Source: Eledone cirrhosa (taxonomy: Eukaryota). From it: a stretch of 64,000 nt of DNA. Made by a program: the position numbers and the translations under genes. The notes beneath the pieces were generated by a model that did no database searches, was not told where the DNA came from, and saw nothing but the letters and a program-made list of their open reading frames with translations. How positions within the stretch are numbered: position 1 is the stretch's first letter; each line of letters begins with the position of its first letter. The DNA lies in contig OZ024741.1 of assembly GCA_964016885.1 (NCBI GenBank), positions 146,630,001-146,694,000 on the forward strand, in the 5' to 3' direction. Shown piece by piece: positions 1-13,280 of the stretch.

Positions 1-467
1 TGGGACGAGGTGATAAAAACTGACCTTGCTCACTTACACCTCTCTAAGACAATGTCACTGGATTGAGATCTTTGGCGCTATGCAGTTATACAGAAGACCC
101 GCCTTCCCTTGCATACAAACTTAACTTTACAGTCAGTAGGCACCTCTTAAGCCAATATACACCCCACCCACACACACTACCACATCCTCTCATTTCCCTC
201 CACTGTAAAGTGATCGTGTAGGTGACACAACAAAAAGCACCCAGTCCACACTGTAAAGTGGTCATGTAGGAGACATGGTAAAAAGGCTCCCAGTCCACAC
301 TGTAAATGTGGTTGGTGTTAGGAAGGTCATCTAGCCATAGAAAACCTGCCAGGGACAGTTCTGTATGAGCAAGACACGGTCTCCTGACCAATCTCACCTC
401 AAGTGGAACAAAACTGTCCAACCCATGCTAGCATGGAAGATGAATGTTAAACAATGATGATGATGAT
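1..467 (+). mobile_element. 3' end of an RTE family 1 copy
   Basis: Encodes WDEVIKTDLAHLHLSKTM (matches the intact ORF C-terminus), then the 3' UTR with 48-bp units and a (TGA)n tail at 455-467 abutting (TA)n. Confidence 0.9.
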
Positions 468-558
468 ATATATATATATATATATAAGTAGGTTTCAAGT
501 TGAGTTGGGGGCAACCACAGAAAAGAAGGTATTCAATACATGTGTTGAGTGAAGACAG

Positions 559-682
559 GAGTTTATATAGAAAAGGCTTCTACAGGACCAGTACTATTTC
601 ATTTGCATGAAAACATCATTCCTGATGATTTCATATCAATGAAACAGTACTAGTCCTATAGAACCCTTTTCTATATAAACTC
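559..682. repeat. Imperfect inverted repeat with arms of about 60 bp
   Basis: GAGTTTATATAGAAAAGG...CCTTTTCTATATAAACTC with a matching interior. Confidence 0.85.
622..661 (+). ncRNA. Minimal hammerhead motif within an inverted repeat
   Basis: CTGATGA-12 nt-GAAA-CAGTACTAG-TC; the 5' strand of stem I is lost at the inversion junction. Confidence 0.45.
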
Positions 683-713
<31 letters not shown>

Positions 714-1098
714 CACACACACAAACAAACACACTTAGTATTATCAACTTCAGACATAGATATACAAAATCAGTGATAAAATAGTAAAATACAGATACTC
801 TATGTTCAAATGTCTTCAAAGGTATCTATTTCCATCATTGTAGTGGCATTTTTGTGATCCCTTCAGCTGTGAAATTCAACCTTTCATAAGTGCAACTGCA
901 GAACATTGATATATGATATATATTTCGCATGAAATGTTAAACTCTGGATAATAACTAATACATTTTAAATCATTTTACACATTAAACCATGTTCTAAATG
1001 TAAGAAATTATTATTACTAGTATATAACCTGTTTTATGGAGAGAATAAGTAATATTCAGTTTCTTTAAGAAATTGTAACAAAACGGTGATGATGATAT

Positions 1099-1995
1099 AA
1101 TCATCACCGTTTAAAGTGCATTCTTCCATGCTAGTATGGGTTAGACGAGTTGTCCGATTGTGAGACCAGTCACATCAGATGACCATGTTCTGCCCATACA
1201 GAACTATTTATGGCTGGATGCCCTTCCCATTGCCAATTACATTTATAGTGCTGACTGGGTGCTTGTTCTCGTGTCACCTACATGGCCAATTTTATAGTGT
1301 GGACTGGGCACTTTTTGTGACACCTAAACCACCAGTTTTACAGTGTGGACTGGGCATTTTTTGTTGTGACATCTACACAACCACTTTACAATGTGGTAAG
1401 GGTACATTTTGTCATGACACAAAAAAAAACTCCTTTACAGGAGGTACATGGGGATTGGAGATAAATATAGGGTGTGGCACTTATCTGGTGAAGAGGGTGT
1501 AGGGATATGGATGAAGGGTGAGGTGTTAGGATATGGGTGGAGTGTTAGGATGAGGGAGGTGTATGGAAGTGGGAGTGGAAGGGGAAAAGTTGTGCATACT
1601 AGATGTATGCTTCTATCCATGCACATTGGAAGATGGGTCTACTGAATTACTGCATAACACCAGAGATCTCATCACACTCGAGAGATGCAATTGTGCAAGA
1701 TCATCTTTTATCCCCTCATCTTAAATCTCTCTAGATCTTCCTACTCCATAGCTTCCAACAACTTTGACTGCTCTGCACCTTTTTATACAGCTGTTATCCT
1801 TCATATGTATCACTGCATTCCAATGCATTCTCCTCTCCTGCACACAGCATCTGATCACTCTTATGCTCAGTTTCTCTGTTAGTTCATTTATGTTTTGCCA
1901 TTCATGTATATTACTATTACACATCCATCAAAGCATGCCAACTTCATTTCTTTTCATTTTTTTCAGGTTCTCTACACACAGCACCCAGGCCTCAC
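1099..1995 (-). mobile_element. Decayed 5'-truncated RTE family 1 copy
   Basis: ORF-track peptide CNSNIHEWQNINELTEKLSIRVIRCCVQERR (1721-1924) matches the intact ORF; 3' UTR at 1099-1420 has about four 48-bp units. Confidence 0.85.
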
Positions 1996-3910
1996 TACCA
2001 CAGTTAAATTCTGAAAGCAAAAGAGGTATGGTGTGGCACCGAATGGCAGGAGGACCCTTTGGTCAATCAAGAGGTCAAAGATTCCATCTAAGCAAAGGAG
2101 GCGGCCTACTAAGTTTGGAAATAAGTCCTCCTTCTTACACTTGCAGTGAAAGCAGGCATGAGGAATAACAGCAGAGAAAGTAAAAGCATCCAAAGTTAAG
2201 ACATGGAAGGACTTTTCGGTTAAGCTGGAATCCGACTTCAGATCAGCAAATAAAGTGTTCTGGCAGAAACTTTGCCAACTTTATAAAAAGTCCTCCTCCA
2301 TGCTATCAGGAATGCATCTGGGGTTCTCCTCTATTCAGAGAGGTGCATCCTCATGAGGTGGAGAAAATACTTTGCTGATCTGATAAACCTAATCCCAACA
2401 GCAACATCTGATGTACATGAGGTGCATCTGGGAGTGGTGACTAATCTCTTGGAAGCTGAAGTCACAAGAGCAGTTAAAGAGCTCAAATGAGGCAAAGCCA
2501 CTGGGGAATCTGGCCTGAGATGTTAAAAGCCTTAAATAGAGAAGGTGTTCTCTGGCTTACTTGTGTGTGCCAGGTGACTTGGATTTCTTGAAAGGTACAT
2601 GAGCAATAGCAATTGGAAGTGATAATCCCAATTTTCAAAATGTGAGACAAGAGAATTTGTTCCAATTACAGAGGGATCTCTTTGTTAAGCCTCCCTGATA
2701 AAGCCTATGCTAAGTGTCTAACAAAGAGATGCAGGGAGATTGTTGAGTTCAAGCTAGCTGATGGATAGTGTGCCAACAAAATATTCACACTGTGGCAACT
2801 CTTTGAGAAATCGTGAGAGCAGTGACAAGAGATATATTTTTATTTAGTAGACCTCGAAAAGGTATATGACCATGTTCCTTGGGACCTGTTGTGGAAGGTT
2901 CAGCAGGAATATGGGATCGATGCCCAAGCATTTGTGTTTGGATAAATGGTGCTAAATCAAAACCATTCAATGTGAGAGTCAGATGTTGCCAAGGTTGCAT
3001 ACTGTCACCTCTCCTGTTAATTAATTTCATGGACTGGATTGATATGCGCAACAGTGTTGGAAGTGGTATCCCAACTGGCTGGTGTAAAATCAATTGGATG
3101 GAATTTGCTGATGATATGGTGTTAGTTAACTTGACAGAAGATGATATCCGCCTTGCACTTAATAGGTTTGATATCGAGTGCTGCATAGCTGGAATGAAAA
3201 TCAGTGCTGCGAAAACTGAGATACTCGTCTTCTCAAGGAAACCTGCACAGTGTATTCTACATGTGAATGGGGTTCCACTGAAGCAGGTAAAGAGGTTCAA
3301 GTATCTCATGGTCATGTTCACAAGTGATGGAAGGCAGGAGGTATAAGAATTGTAGTAATGTGCCAGCATTTGGTGATCAGAAGAAGGGGGGGGGGTAGTT
3401 GTAAAAGTTAAACTTGCTATCTTCAATTCAGTATTAATGACAAACCTTAACTGTGGTCTTGGGTAATGATTGCGAATACAAGCGGCCAAAATGTATTTTC
3501 TCTGAAGGGTCTTTGGAGTAATATTACTCAATAGAGTGTGTAGCTCGGAAATCAGGGTGTCAATCCAGGTAGCAGGTAATGCCACTAATTCTCCAAATTG
3601 AGACATCACAACTCCAATATTATGGGTATGTGTTTAGAAGGTCTCAGGAAAGAATTGCTGGACAGATTTTATGGGTAAAACCAACTGGCTGGAGACCCAG
3701 GGGTAGTCCTCGAGCAAGATTGTTAGAGAACATCCATGAGCCTGGCTGGTCTTGCTTGCAGATGCAGCTGGAGACAGTTGCTTCTGGCAGGACCCTGCCC
3801 CCTCGATCCAGGAATAAGTGAATGAAGAAGACGAAAAAGACGACGAAGAGGAAGAAGAAGATGAAGATGAAAAAGAAAACAAAAACGAAGACAAAGACAA
3901 AGACGAAGAT
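1995..3910 (+). mobile_element. Decayed RTE LINE, family 2 (Expander-like), with a (GAA)-rich tail
   Basis: Broken RT reading with EMLKALNREGVLWLT, SNYRGISLLSLPDK, QGCILSPLL, EFADDMVL, LKQVKRFKYL and RPRGSPRAR; purine trinucleotide tail at 3820-3910. Confidence 0.85.
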
Positions 3911-4002
3911 TTGGTTGATCCAAGCAACTAACATATAATCAAACATAAGCACTCCATGTTTCATGGTAACAGATGGAGTATCAATATTAAAGAAAAGTAG
4001 AT

Positions 4003-4187
4003 GGTGGATTGGCAGTATTGGTAGAGGGTCTGACGCCATGCTTTGGCGCATAGAGTTATGGCCCTTGCCATTCTGAGTTCAAATCCCACCGAGGTTAACT
4101 TTGCCTTTCATCCTTACGGGGTTGATAAAATAAAGTACCAGTAATGCACTGGTTAATTGGTGGCCTTGTGCCAAAAGTAGAAACAAT
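4003..4187 (+). mobile_element. tRNA-derived Meta-domain SINE (family B) with a 21-bp target-site duplication
   Basis: A box TGGCAGTATTGG, B box GAGTTCAAATCC, body GCCTTTCATCCTTACGGGGTTGATAAAATAAAGTACC; direct repeat CAATATTAAAGAAAAGTAGAT at 3982-4002 and 4184-4204. Confidence 0.85.
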
Positions 4188-4420
4188 ATTAAAGAAAAGT
4201 AGATATGGTTTCCCATATTCAACTTCAGCTTAATTCATCAAACAAGTTATGTACATATCAATGGCATCAAAATGACATTATGTAATAGTTATCTAATGTG
4301 TTTTCATCAGACAGGTTTTTAACTGTAAGCAATGTTTTACTTTGGTTTTTGTTATACCTGCCATTTAAAGTATGTTGACATTTCAGGTTCTGTTAGGCAT
4401 ATCAACATAAACGAAACATT

Positions 4421-4767
4421 GTTTAGACGGGTTGTCCTGTTGTGGGCAGTGTCTGGTCGGCTGACCTTGTCTTGCTTATACAGGAACTGATTCTGGCTTG
4501 ATTTCTACAGCTGGATGCCCTTCCTAACACCAACCTCATTTACAGTGAGTGCTGGGTGCTTTTTTTTTCGTGGCCCCTCCACGACCACTTTGCAGTGGAA
4601 TGATAGGGACCCCAGTCCTATCATCTCATTTCTACAGCTGAGTAAACTGGAGCAATGTGAAATAAAGTGTCTTGCTCAAGGAAACAACACATCACCCGGT
4701 CCGAGAATTGAACCCACAACCTTTCGATTTCAAGCCCAATGCTCTAACCACTAAGCCATGCGCCTTC
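4421..4767 (-). mobile_element. tRNA-CORE SINE (family A), long RTE-type tail
   Basis: tRNA head with A and B boxes, CORE-like segment CCTTGAGCAAGACACTTTATTTCAC...CTCAGCTGTAGAAATG, and a 3' part almost identical to the LINE UTR at 60230-60375. Confidence 0.9.
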
Positions 4768-7694
4768 TATATATGTGTGTATATATGTCTCCATGTGTCT
4801 GCCTTTCTGTGGGTGTATCTGTCTGAGTGTGTCTCTGTGTGTGCATGTGTCTGTGTATGTTAAATAACTATCATATCAATATGAGCTAAATGATGATAGA
4901 TTGTGGTTGGTTTCTAAGTATGAAGTTGTTCTAAATGGTTTTAAAGTATATTTTATTGTAAAGCAAGGAATATATTTGATACCATCTGTTGTAAATACAA
5001 AAAACAGGAAAACGAAGCAAATAAAATCCTTGACATAATAGAAAGTTTCAGAAAAGTATGTAAGTCGTCAGCAAGATGTGAATAAATACAATCAAAGGGA
5101 GATGAATATTTACAAGCAATAGACCCAAGTTGAACAGAACTCGAAAATGATATATCTTACTCTGCCAGTAGCATATTCAAAGAAAATTTATAGTCTTATA
5201 ATAAATTCCTTTACTTTCAAAGACCAAAGACCATGTGTGAATTATCCTTTTCTTTCTCATTTTATTTTTGTTTAATTTATTTCATCATCATCATCATTAA
5301 TATTGATGTTGTTGTTGTTCTTATTCTGGGGGAGCAGCCAAAAATTTATTACTTTTTCAAACTGTGCAATAACATGTCTTGCATTTTTTTACATCAATAG
5401 ATTCTGTTTCTCTTTTATAGAATGGCATTACTTCATTTGCCTAGAGCCATTTTCCTTGTATATATAGCTTTACTATTACCATTATTATCATCATCATCAT
5501 CATTATTAATAATATTTCTTCCCTGTTCTCCCCTCTGTTTTATTTTAGCTTGCAAGTCAGTCCATGGAAATTCAATTATTATCTCTGTATGTTTCCCTCA
5601 TATTGAGAGGCAAGGTGGGTTTAACAGTACAAAATATAGACTATCAGATATATGAATATAAAAGAAAAACCAACAACATTAATGACAGATAGAGTGAAAA
5701 GAAGCAGGATATGAAAACAGAAACACTTTCATGATATTTCTATAACATATCTCCTTATTTCTTTTTATCTGCCACTAAAGTTGTTTTCTATATAATTTTC
5801 TCATATACTTTAGATTGCTTTCCATTTATGTCTGTATCGTCATACCCCACCATTCTCTATGTGTTGATTTAATTCTTAAGGCAGTGGTGAGGCAAAGAAA
5901 GAAGAAAGTATAGGCATATCATAGTTCTAAGATGTTCTGCTGAGAAGATTGTAGGCGACTAACCAAGATATAATACATATGTTTTATAATAATCATAAAA
6001 TTCATAAAATGTTCTTTTATAAGTTTTTGTGAATATATATTCTCCAAATATCTAATTTATTGCGAAAGTGAAATAGCTGATTGGATAAATAGGGCTAGAT
6101 TAAGCAAATCAGGGGGAAATGTAGCAGGGAGCGGTGAAATTTGCAACTTACTTATGTAGATTTAGTTGGATTCATATGAAGCTGCACGTCATAAGATGAC
6201 TCTTGGGTGTTTTAATGATAGGAGCCCAATTCTTATTGTAACAACTAATGTAAAATGAAGCATCTTGCTCAAAACTCAACACACTGTCTGGTCCAGTAAT
6301 TGAACCCACACCATCGTTATGTGTCTAACACCTAATGATTAACCTTCATGGTTTTGAATGATTATAATTTCATTTTAAAACAAACCTAAAATCAAAGTTT
6401 CTGACTATCAAATTTTATCCACATAGCATTGGTCAACCTGAGGCTATACTAGAAGAGATTTTTCTAATGTGTCATGAAATGGGACTGAACCCAGAATCAT
6501 GAGGTTGTGAAGTAAACTCTTTAATTGCATGGATATATCTATATGAAGTTGTAAATACTTCCCCTGTTTATATATGCTAGCTATTTTTGCTATGTATTCT
6601 CTTTCTTCAACCTTAATACCCTTCACTTCTTCCAAATTGTATTTCTATTTCTTCTGTTAGGTTTTCTAAATTATTTGCTTCATCCTTATCATTTGCATTT
6701 ATTTTTAATATTTTCTTCCTATTTTTGGTGGAGATAGATATGTTTATATTGAGCATTTGATTTGTTGGAAAATCTCTATATTTTATAGGTGTTCTGTGTA
6801 TTGTGTTATTGAACTCTTCATTTGCTGCATTTTGAATTTCTTATTTTAAGGATAGTGCTTTCACTACTTAAAATCGATTGTTTTATATAATTACATTTCC
6901 TTAGATGTCTGTATACACAACGAGGGGTCCTTTTTGAAGCAATGATTTTTTACTTTGAGAATGTCATTCCTTTTAGTCACCTCTTACGACATGCAGATAT
7001 ATAATGTACTTATTCTAAACCAGAGGAAGTCCAAGAAAGACATGGGTAAAGATGAAGAAGGGTTTTGTGAGAGTAATGCAAAATACAGGCTTATCATGGG
7101 GACCCCTCAAGGCTAACCTCTGTTTTAACAGGGAAATGGACTTTAAATGCTTGTTATTGCTGTTGATTATATTTTAGTACATTTGAAAGTGCAAACACTA
7201 ACATTTCTTTTCTGATGTTTCAGTTATTGTTTATCTCTATAATTAGCCAATCAAATTATTAAGGGTAATAACTAATCCAAGACTGCAAATTTATAGTCAT
7301 TAGTTTGTCAGCTAAAATGCTTTGCAGAATTCATTACAGCTGAGTTCACATGTCATCAAGGTGAAGTTTGTCTTTCATCCTTTTGGGGATGATAAATAAA
7401 GTGTCACTCCAGTACTGCAGTCAATTCTTCTCTCTCTTGAAGAAGAAGAAATCAGATGTAGTCAACCCTGGAGAGGAATGAAAACCACCAGGCTTAAAAT
7501 AGACAATGTTACAAGAGTCCCTATGACTCCATTGGAAGTTATTCAACCATCACCCTCCAGACATTTCTTTGAAGGTCTGAATGTACACATCATTGAAAGC
7601 TGCTTGTAATAGATTTTTTTAAGCATTACTAGTAATAAGAAGCCTTCCTCCACACCTACTATCAAGAACCTGTCTGAGTTTCTCCTTTCTTCAG

Positions 7695-8287
7695 ATAGGT
7701 GCATCCTTGCTAGGTGGAGAGAATACTTTGCTGATCTCTTAAACCCAATCACAACAGCATCTTCCAATGTACCCGAGGTGCATGTGGGAGCGATGACTAA
7801 TCTTTCAGAGGCTGAGGTCACAAGAGAAGTCAAGGGGTACAAACGTGGCAAAGCCGCTGGGGAAGATGAAATCCAGTCCGAGATTTTAAAAGCGTTAAAT
7901 AGAGAAAGCATTCTCTGGCTGATTTGTGTGTACAGGGTGGCCTAGATCTCTGGAAAGGCACCTAAGCAATGGCAATCAGGAGTGATAATCCCAATTTTCA
8001 AAAAGGGAGACAAGATTATTCCAATTACATGGGTATCTCCTTGGTAAGTAAAGTATATACTAAGTGTCTAGCAAAGAGATGCAGATGGTTAGAATGTCTT
8101 AGGAAAAACTAACTGGCAGGAGACCTAGGAGTAGAGCCTGAATAAGATGGTTCAATAACATCTATGAGCTTGGCTGGGCTCGCTTGAGGATCTAGCCAGG
8201 TCAGTTGAAGATGGTTGCTTCTGATAGGACCCACTGTAAGGAGTGTTTGTGGATCTGCCCCCACGACCCTCTCAGGAAGAAGAAGAA
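7695..8287 (+). mobile_element. Internally deleted second copy of RTE family 2
   Basis: Aligns by eye to 2340-2740 (RWREYFADLLNP...GKAAGEDEIQSEILKALNRE) and then jumps to the 3' end with a (GAA)n tail. Confidence 0.8.
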
Positions 8288-9180
8288 TTATCTGAAGATT
8301 TGTATTTACTTTGATTTGTATCATTGTTTTACCAATATCTTTCAGTGAGAATGAAATATTTGTTTTACTAAAACCTAAGTTTTTCAATTAACAATAATGA
8401 GATATCTATACAAACATGGCTCACCTAAAGAAAATTGTCTGATTTACATTATAGCAAAACAGACAAACAATAATTCAAATGTCAAATACTCACCAAAAGG
8501 AGAGTTTTTAACAAAAGGAAACAATTAAGATTATAATAGAGTATACTCCGAAGGGCCAAAACTCATTTCATTTTGAAATCAGTAAAGAATAATATAAAAA
8601 GAAATGATAGACTCCCATCTAAAAAACAACACCTGAATGTATTACTCTAATAAGAGCTGTATAAGCACTCATATTCTATATCAAACTTTGCTATCGTTCT
8701 TTTTAGAAAATTGCCAGTGAACAGAATAGATGAAAGTCTAAATGAAAAGTAAAAAGCAGGAACAGCATATTAACTAAATTAAATGTACTGGAAAGACTTG
8801 TAAGAAAGTGTAAGATGTAAGAAAGAAATTCTTAAAGTATATTTCTTTCCATTAGAGAAGATAGTATTTGGTAAGAAGACTTATGTGATAAAAGAAACCT
8901 AGATGCAGAATAAGAATACGGATGAGTCTTATTTGCCTTAATTTCAATTATGTAAAATTGCATCACATAACCATTTTTTATACCAGCCTGCCTGAAACCA
9001 TACCAGGTTCTATGTTTGGTTTAAAACCTTCCTTCATAGTTTCTGCAAGAAGCTTTAAACTATGCTCCAAAAATCAACTTAATAATTAAAAAGTTAGTTA
9101 TATATCAATGTCCATTCAAATTCTTTATTATTTTGAAAATCATAAGCAGTTTCTTTCATAAGAAATCTGGTAATGAAAGA

Positions 9181-9274
9181 TAATTGTTTCTACTTTAGGC
9201 ACAAGGCCAGCAATTACCCAGTGCATTACTTGTACTTTATTTTATCGACCCCGTAAGGATGAAAGGCAAAGTTA
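9181..9274 (-). mobile_element. 5'-truncated SINE family B
   Basis: Matches the 3' half of family B; flanked by the direct repeat AATGAAAGATAAT (9172-9184 and 9275-9287). Confidence 0.75.
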
Positions 9275-10938
9275 AATGAAAGATAATGTTTCATAAGCAG
9301 TTGAAAGTGAAGGATTTTCACAACAGAAAATAAAGACAAAATAAAGATTTTTTTGCACTAACATTGGTTCTAATTAATTATAGAAGAATTAATATTTACA
9401 CATTAATATGTTAAAAGTGTTTCTCAAGTGTTTGTGCAAAAGTTGAAAATCTCATTGCATATATCATGTTATATAAAACTTAATGTATATAATATATATT
9501 AATATCGTTTGCAAATATTTGTTTGCATGTAATGTGTGAATGTGTGCACATATGTGTATGTACATGTAGAAACCTCAAAACTTCATTTCTAATCTCAATC
9601 AAATCAGCAGACAAATCTATAGTACTACAGAACACTAATATGAAACCACCCTATTAACATTCACTATTCGTTGCACTCTTTTTTTAACTCTTTTGCTATT
9701 AATCTGCCCAAAGTTCTATGATAAAAACTGCCCATTTAAAATTTTTTTTTATGTAAAATAAAGTTTCTATTATAATTTATGTAAAACACATTTGGTAAGA
9801 TTTGTTCTAAATAGCTGTTTGATATAGAAATGAATGTAAAGGCTAATTCTTTAAACATTATAGGCCTCTATTAGTCATGACTGACCATGGTTCTGCACCT
9901 GCAAAGAGCTGCTTCCCAAGGCACAAGTATGGTCAAAGTAATTTATGGAAGACCGGGAATAGATAATGCAAGCAGGTCTCCCCTCTACACACCACCAATA
10001 TTGTCCAATACAGTTCACACCAGTATCACTCAAACTCTTTTTCCAGTTGAGTGCACTGGAGCAATGTGAAATAGAATGTGGAACAATGTGTCACACAGTC
10101 AGGGAATCTAACCCGTGACCTTACAAGCATAAGCCTAACAGCCTAATCATTAGACCACATGCCTTTTCATATATTTGATTATAGGCACTATACATCATTA
10201 GAAATATGGTTATAAAAGAGTTCATGTGACCATCAGTCAGGATTAACTATGAATCTCCATCTGGAAAATTTCTCTCCATGGCACAGGTCTAGGCAAAATA
10301 ATCTTTTATTTTTATAGAAGACCATCAATTATCTATGCAACTGCTGGTTCCCATGGTTGCTCAAGGGAAAGACAATGGTTGACACAGTTTGATACTAGGA
10401 TAGATACTAGCAAACCCAGAATATAAAGATGCAGTATATATTGCCAGATATATTCAACATACTAACAATGCTGCCCATCCACTGATATATTATTATTCTT
10501 TCCTCAACTGATACATTATTTTATCAATTCCAAGAGGATAAAAAGCAAAGTTGAAAGCCTCTCATCCTATACTCTTAATGGTTCTACCCTTCCACCTTTC
10601 CTGACTGGTACATTATTTTATCAACCCAAGAAGGATGAAAAACAAAAATGTTGGCTTTGTTGGGATTTGAGCACAGTATCTAAAGAGCTGAAACAAATAC
10701 CACAGGGTATTTGTTTATTATTCACTCCTCTGCATCTTCTCTTCCTACTCCCTCCTCATCCCTTCCTTCAGAATGACTACAATTAACGTAACTTTTTACC
10801 CTTTTGATACCAGATTGCATGACCCCCCCCCCTCCCCAGTTCTATGATACAGGTCTGATTTAATGCAAAACTTTACTCTCAAATCCTACAATCATTTTGA
10901 AGTTTCGTTGTATTCTTCTCTCTCTCTCTCTCTCTCTC

Positions 10939-10973
<35 letters not shown>

Positions 10974-10989
10974 TTTTATTGATAATTTT

Positions 10990-11037
<48 letters not shown>

Positions 11038-11366
11038 AAAATTATCAATGAAAAACTGAAATTAAAAGATTACTTACAACTATATTTAGGTTAAAATATT
11101 TCTAAAAACTAAACAATGCTTCAGTTCCCATTTACATACTATCTTTAAGACGTTTATCAATCGATATTCTTTTCCATTGCTTATCTTTGCCAAATTCTCT
11201 AAGTATGTTTTCTTTGTTGAAACTTATCTCTCTGTAAGCTTATTAGAAGCAAGTTTTAAATATACTAAAATATACATATATATTTATTGTCTAAGCTTTT
11301 AAAAGATACTATCTTAGAATATTACATTGAGATTTTCTAACAAATATACTTCAGTTAGACTGTAAC

Positions 11367-11402
11367 AAGAGTTTCTGGGTTTCTAGAAACCCAGAAACTC
11401 TT
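11367..11402. repeat. Perfect 36-bp spacerless palindrome
   Basis: AAGAGTTTCTGGGTTTCT|AGAAACCCAGAAACTCTT. Confidence 0.95.
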
Positions 11403-12886
11403 TTCCTAGTATGAAAACATTTTCTCTCTTATTAAGTCACATCATCATGATCATCCTTGCAACTATAATAGTAGAGGGCCTCAACTCTCCTCCATATATT
11501 GCAGCTTTCATAATTAACCGTGGTCCCATAATTGGCTAATTAGCCCTTGCCATTCATGGGATCTGAGTCCTTAGACAGAATTTTAACTGTTACTGCTGCT
11601 ACTAGATCATCATCATCATTATCATGTTTTGACTGCAGTAGCAGATGAGCCCAATCTTTCACTAAACATTGCTTTCATAATCAGTTGTGGTCTTATGATT
11701 TGAATTCTTAGGTGGAATTTGAACTCAGGACACAAATACCACTAGACATCTAGTTTGATGTTCTAACAGTTCTGTCAATTCCCATCATGGACTGGTACTT
11801 TATTTTAGTGACCATCACCACCACCTTCACCAGAACAGAAACAACAGCAGGAAGAACAGCAACAAGTACAACAAATGCAGCAGTAGCTGTAACAACAGCA
11901 GCTGCAGCAACAACAAAAACAACAGAAACTATAATAACAATAATAACAACAGCAACAACAACAAATCAGTTACATTTACACCAGAAGGTAAATATATAGC
12001 TTTACATGATACATTCCAATGAACACAAAGAATTATTAAATTGGCAGAGAAAAGAGCTGTATGTATGCACAAGACTAAAACATAAGTAGGGGTGATTGGG
12101 TTGGAGAGAATATGACAGAGGATCTAACTAAATGTTTTACATAATCAATTGTCGTTACTGATTTATGATATTTACGAGAGAAAAAAAAAACAATACAAAA
12201 TTTAACAGACAGAAGACTATAATATATATTCATCATCATCATCGTCATCATTTTACATTTGCTTTGCCATGCTTTCACAAGTTGGACAGATCTTTTCTAG
12301 CACAGCATCCTTCAACTTGTAATGCTCCTTCATCCTCATCTCTGTGAGCTTCAAAAATTTGAGATCAACTCACAACTTTACCCAGGTCTTCAGATAAATA
12401 TATCACAGTCCAAGATATTCAATCATAGCTATGTTATTTTAAGAATTGGTTAGGGTGAAGGCCTTATGGTTGCAAGGTTATGGTTTTAATTCCTGAACTA
12501 GGTAGCATGTTGTGATTTTGAGTAAGACAATTCATCTCACATTGTTCCAGTTCAATCAGAATGCATTTTAAATATATCCATATAACGAAAATTAGTATAT
12601 CTACTTCACAGTTGCCAAAATGTTAACTTGTGTTGTGTGTGGATATGGTGCAAACTGGTTGTTGTTTTGCTGAAAGGGCTGGGATTTGGTTTTAAAGATT
12701 ATGTGCAATATTGTTCCTTTTCCGTGTATAGTAAGTATCCAGTAAGTGAGGTCAAATGCAGGTTTATGGATTATGTTTCCTTGAGTTCGTGGATAGCTTT
12801 TGTTTGCTCTGGAAGTATTTATGTTCAAGTTAAGGTCATTGACGGCCTTAGTTATGTATAGTTCAAAGAGACGACAAAACAGAGGT

Positions 12887-12928
<42 letters not shown>

Positions 12929-12930
12929 TG

Positions 12931-12963
<33 letters not shown>

Positions 12964-13007
12964 GTGAATATATATATATACATATATATATATATACATA
13001 TATATAC

Positions 13008-13038
<31 letters not shown>

Positions 13039-13039
13039 C

Positions 13040-13128
<89 letters not shown>
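12887..13128. repeat. Compound (TA)n/(CA)n microsatellite (similar tracts near 10916, 24200, 49431, 50770, 53150, 55247, 55952 and 56698)
   Basis: Read directly from the sequence. Confidence 0.98.
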
Positions 13129-13280
13129 TCTTGACCAGCATGGGAGTCGTCTACTCTCACTTAAAACCAACATAATTTCCAGTCTGATGAGTCTCTATGT
13201 TGAGAAGAGACTGATATTTTATGTTGCTTAGTTGTGTTAGAAGAAAAAAAATTAAAACTATTTCCAAATTAAGAATATCA

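Noticed and set aside
2785-3609. 274-aa minus-strand ORF
   Set aside because: Antisense to a decayed RTE reverse transcriptase.
12852-13173. [10 protein letters not shown] ORFs here and near 24119, 49382, 50654-51073, 55125 and 55893
   Set aside because: These are translations of (TA)n and (CA)n microsatellites, which lack stop codons.
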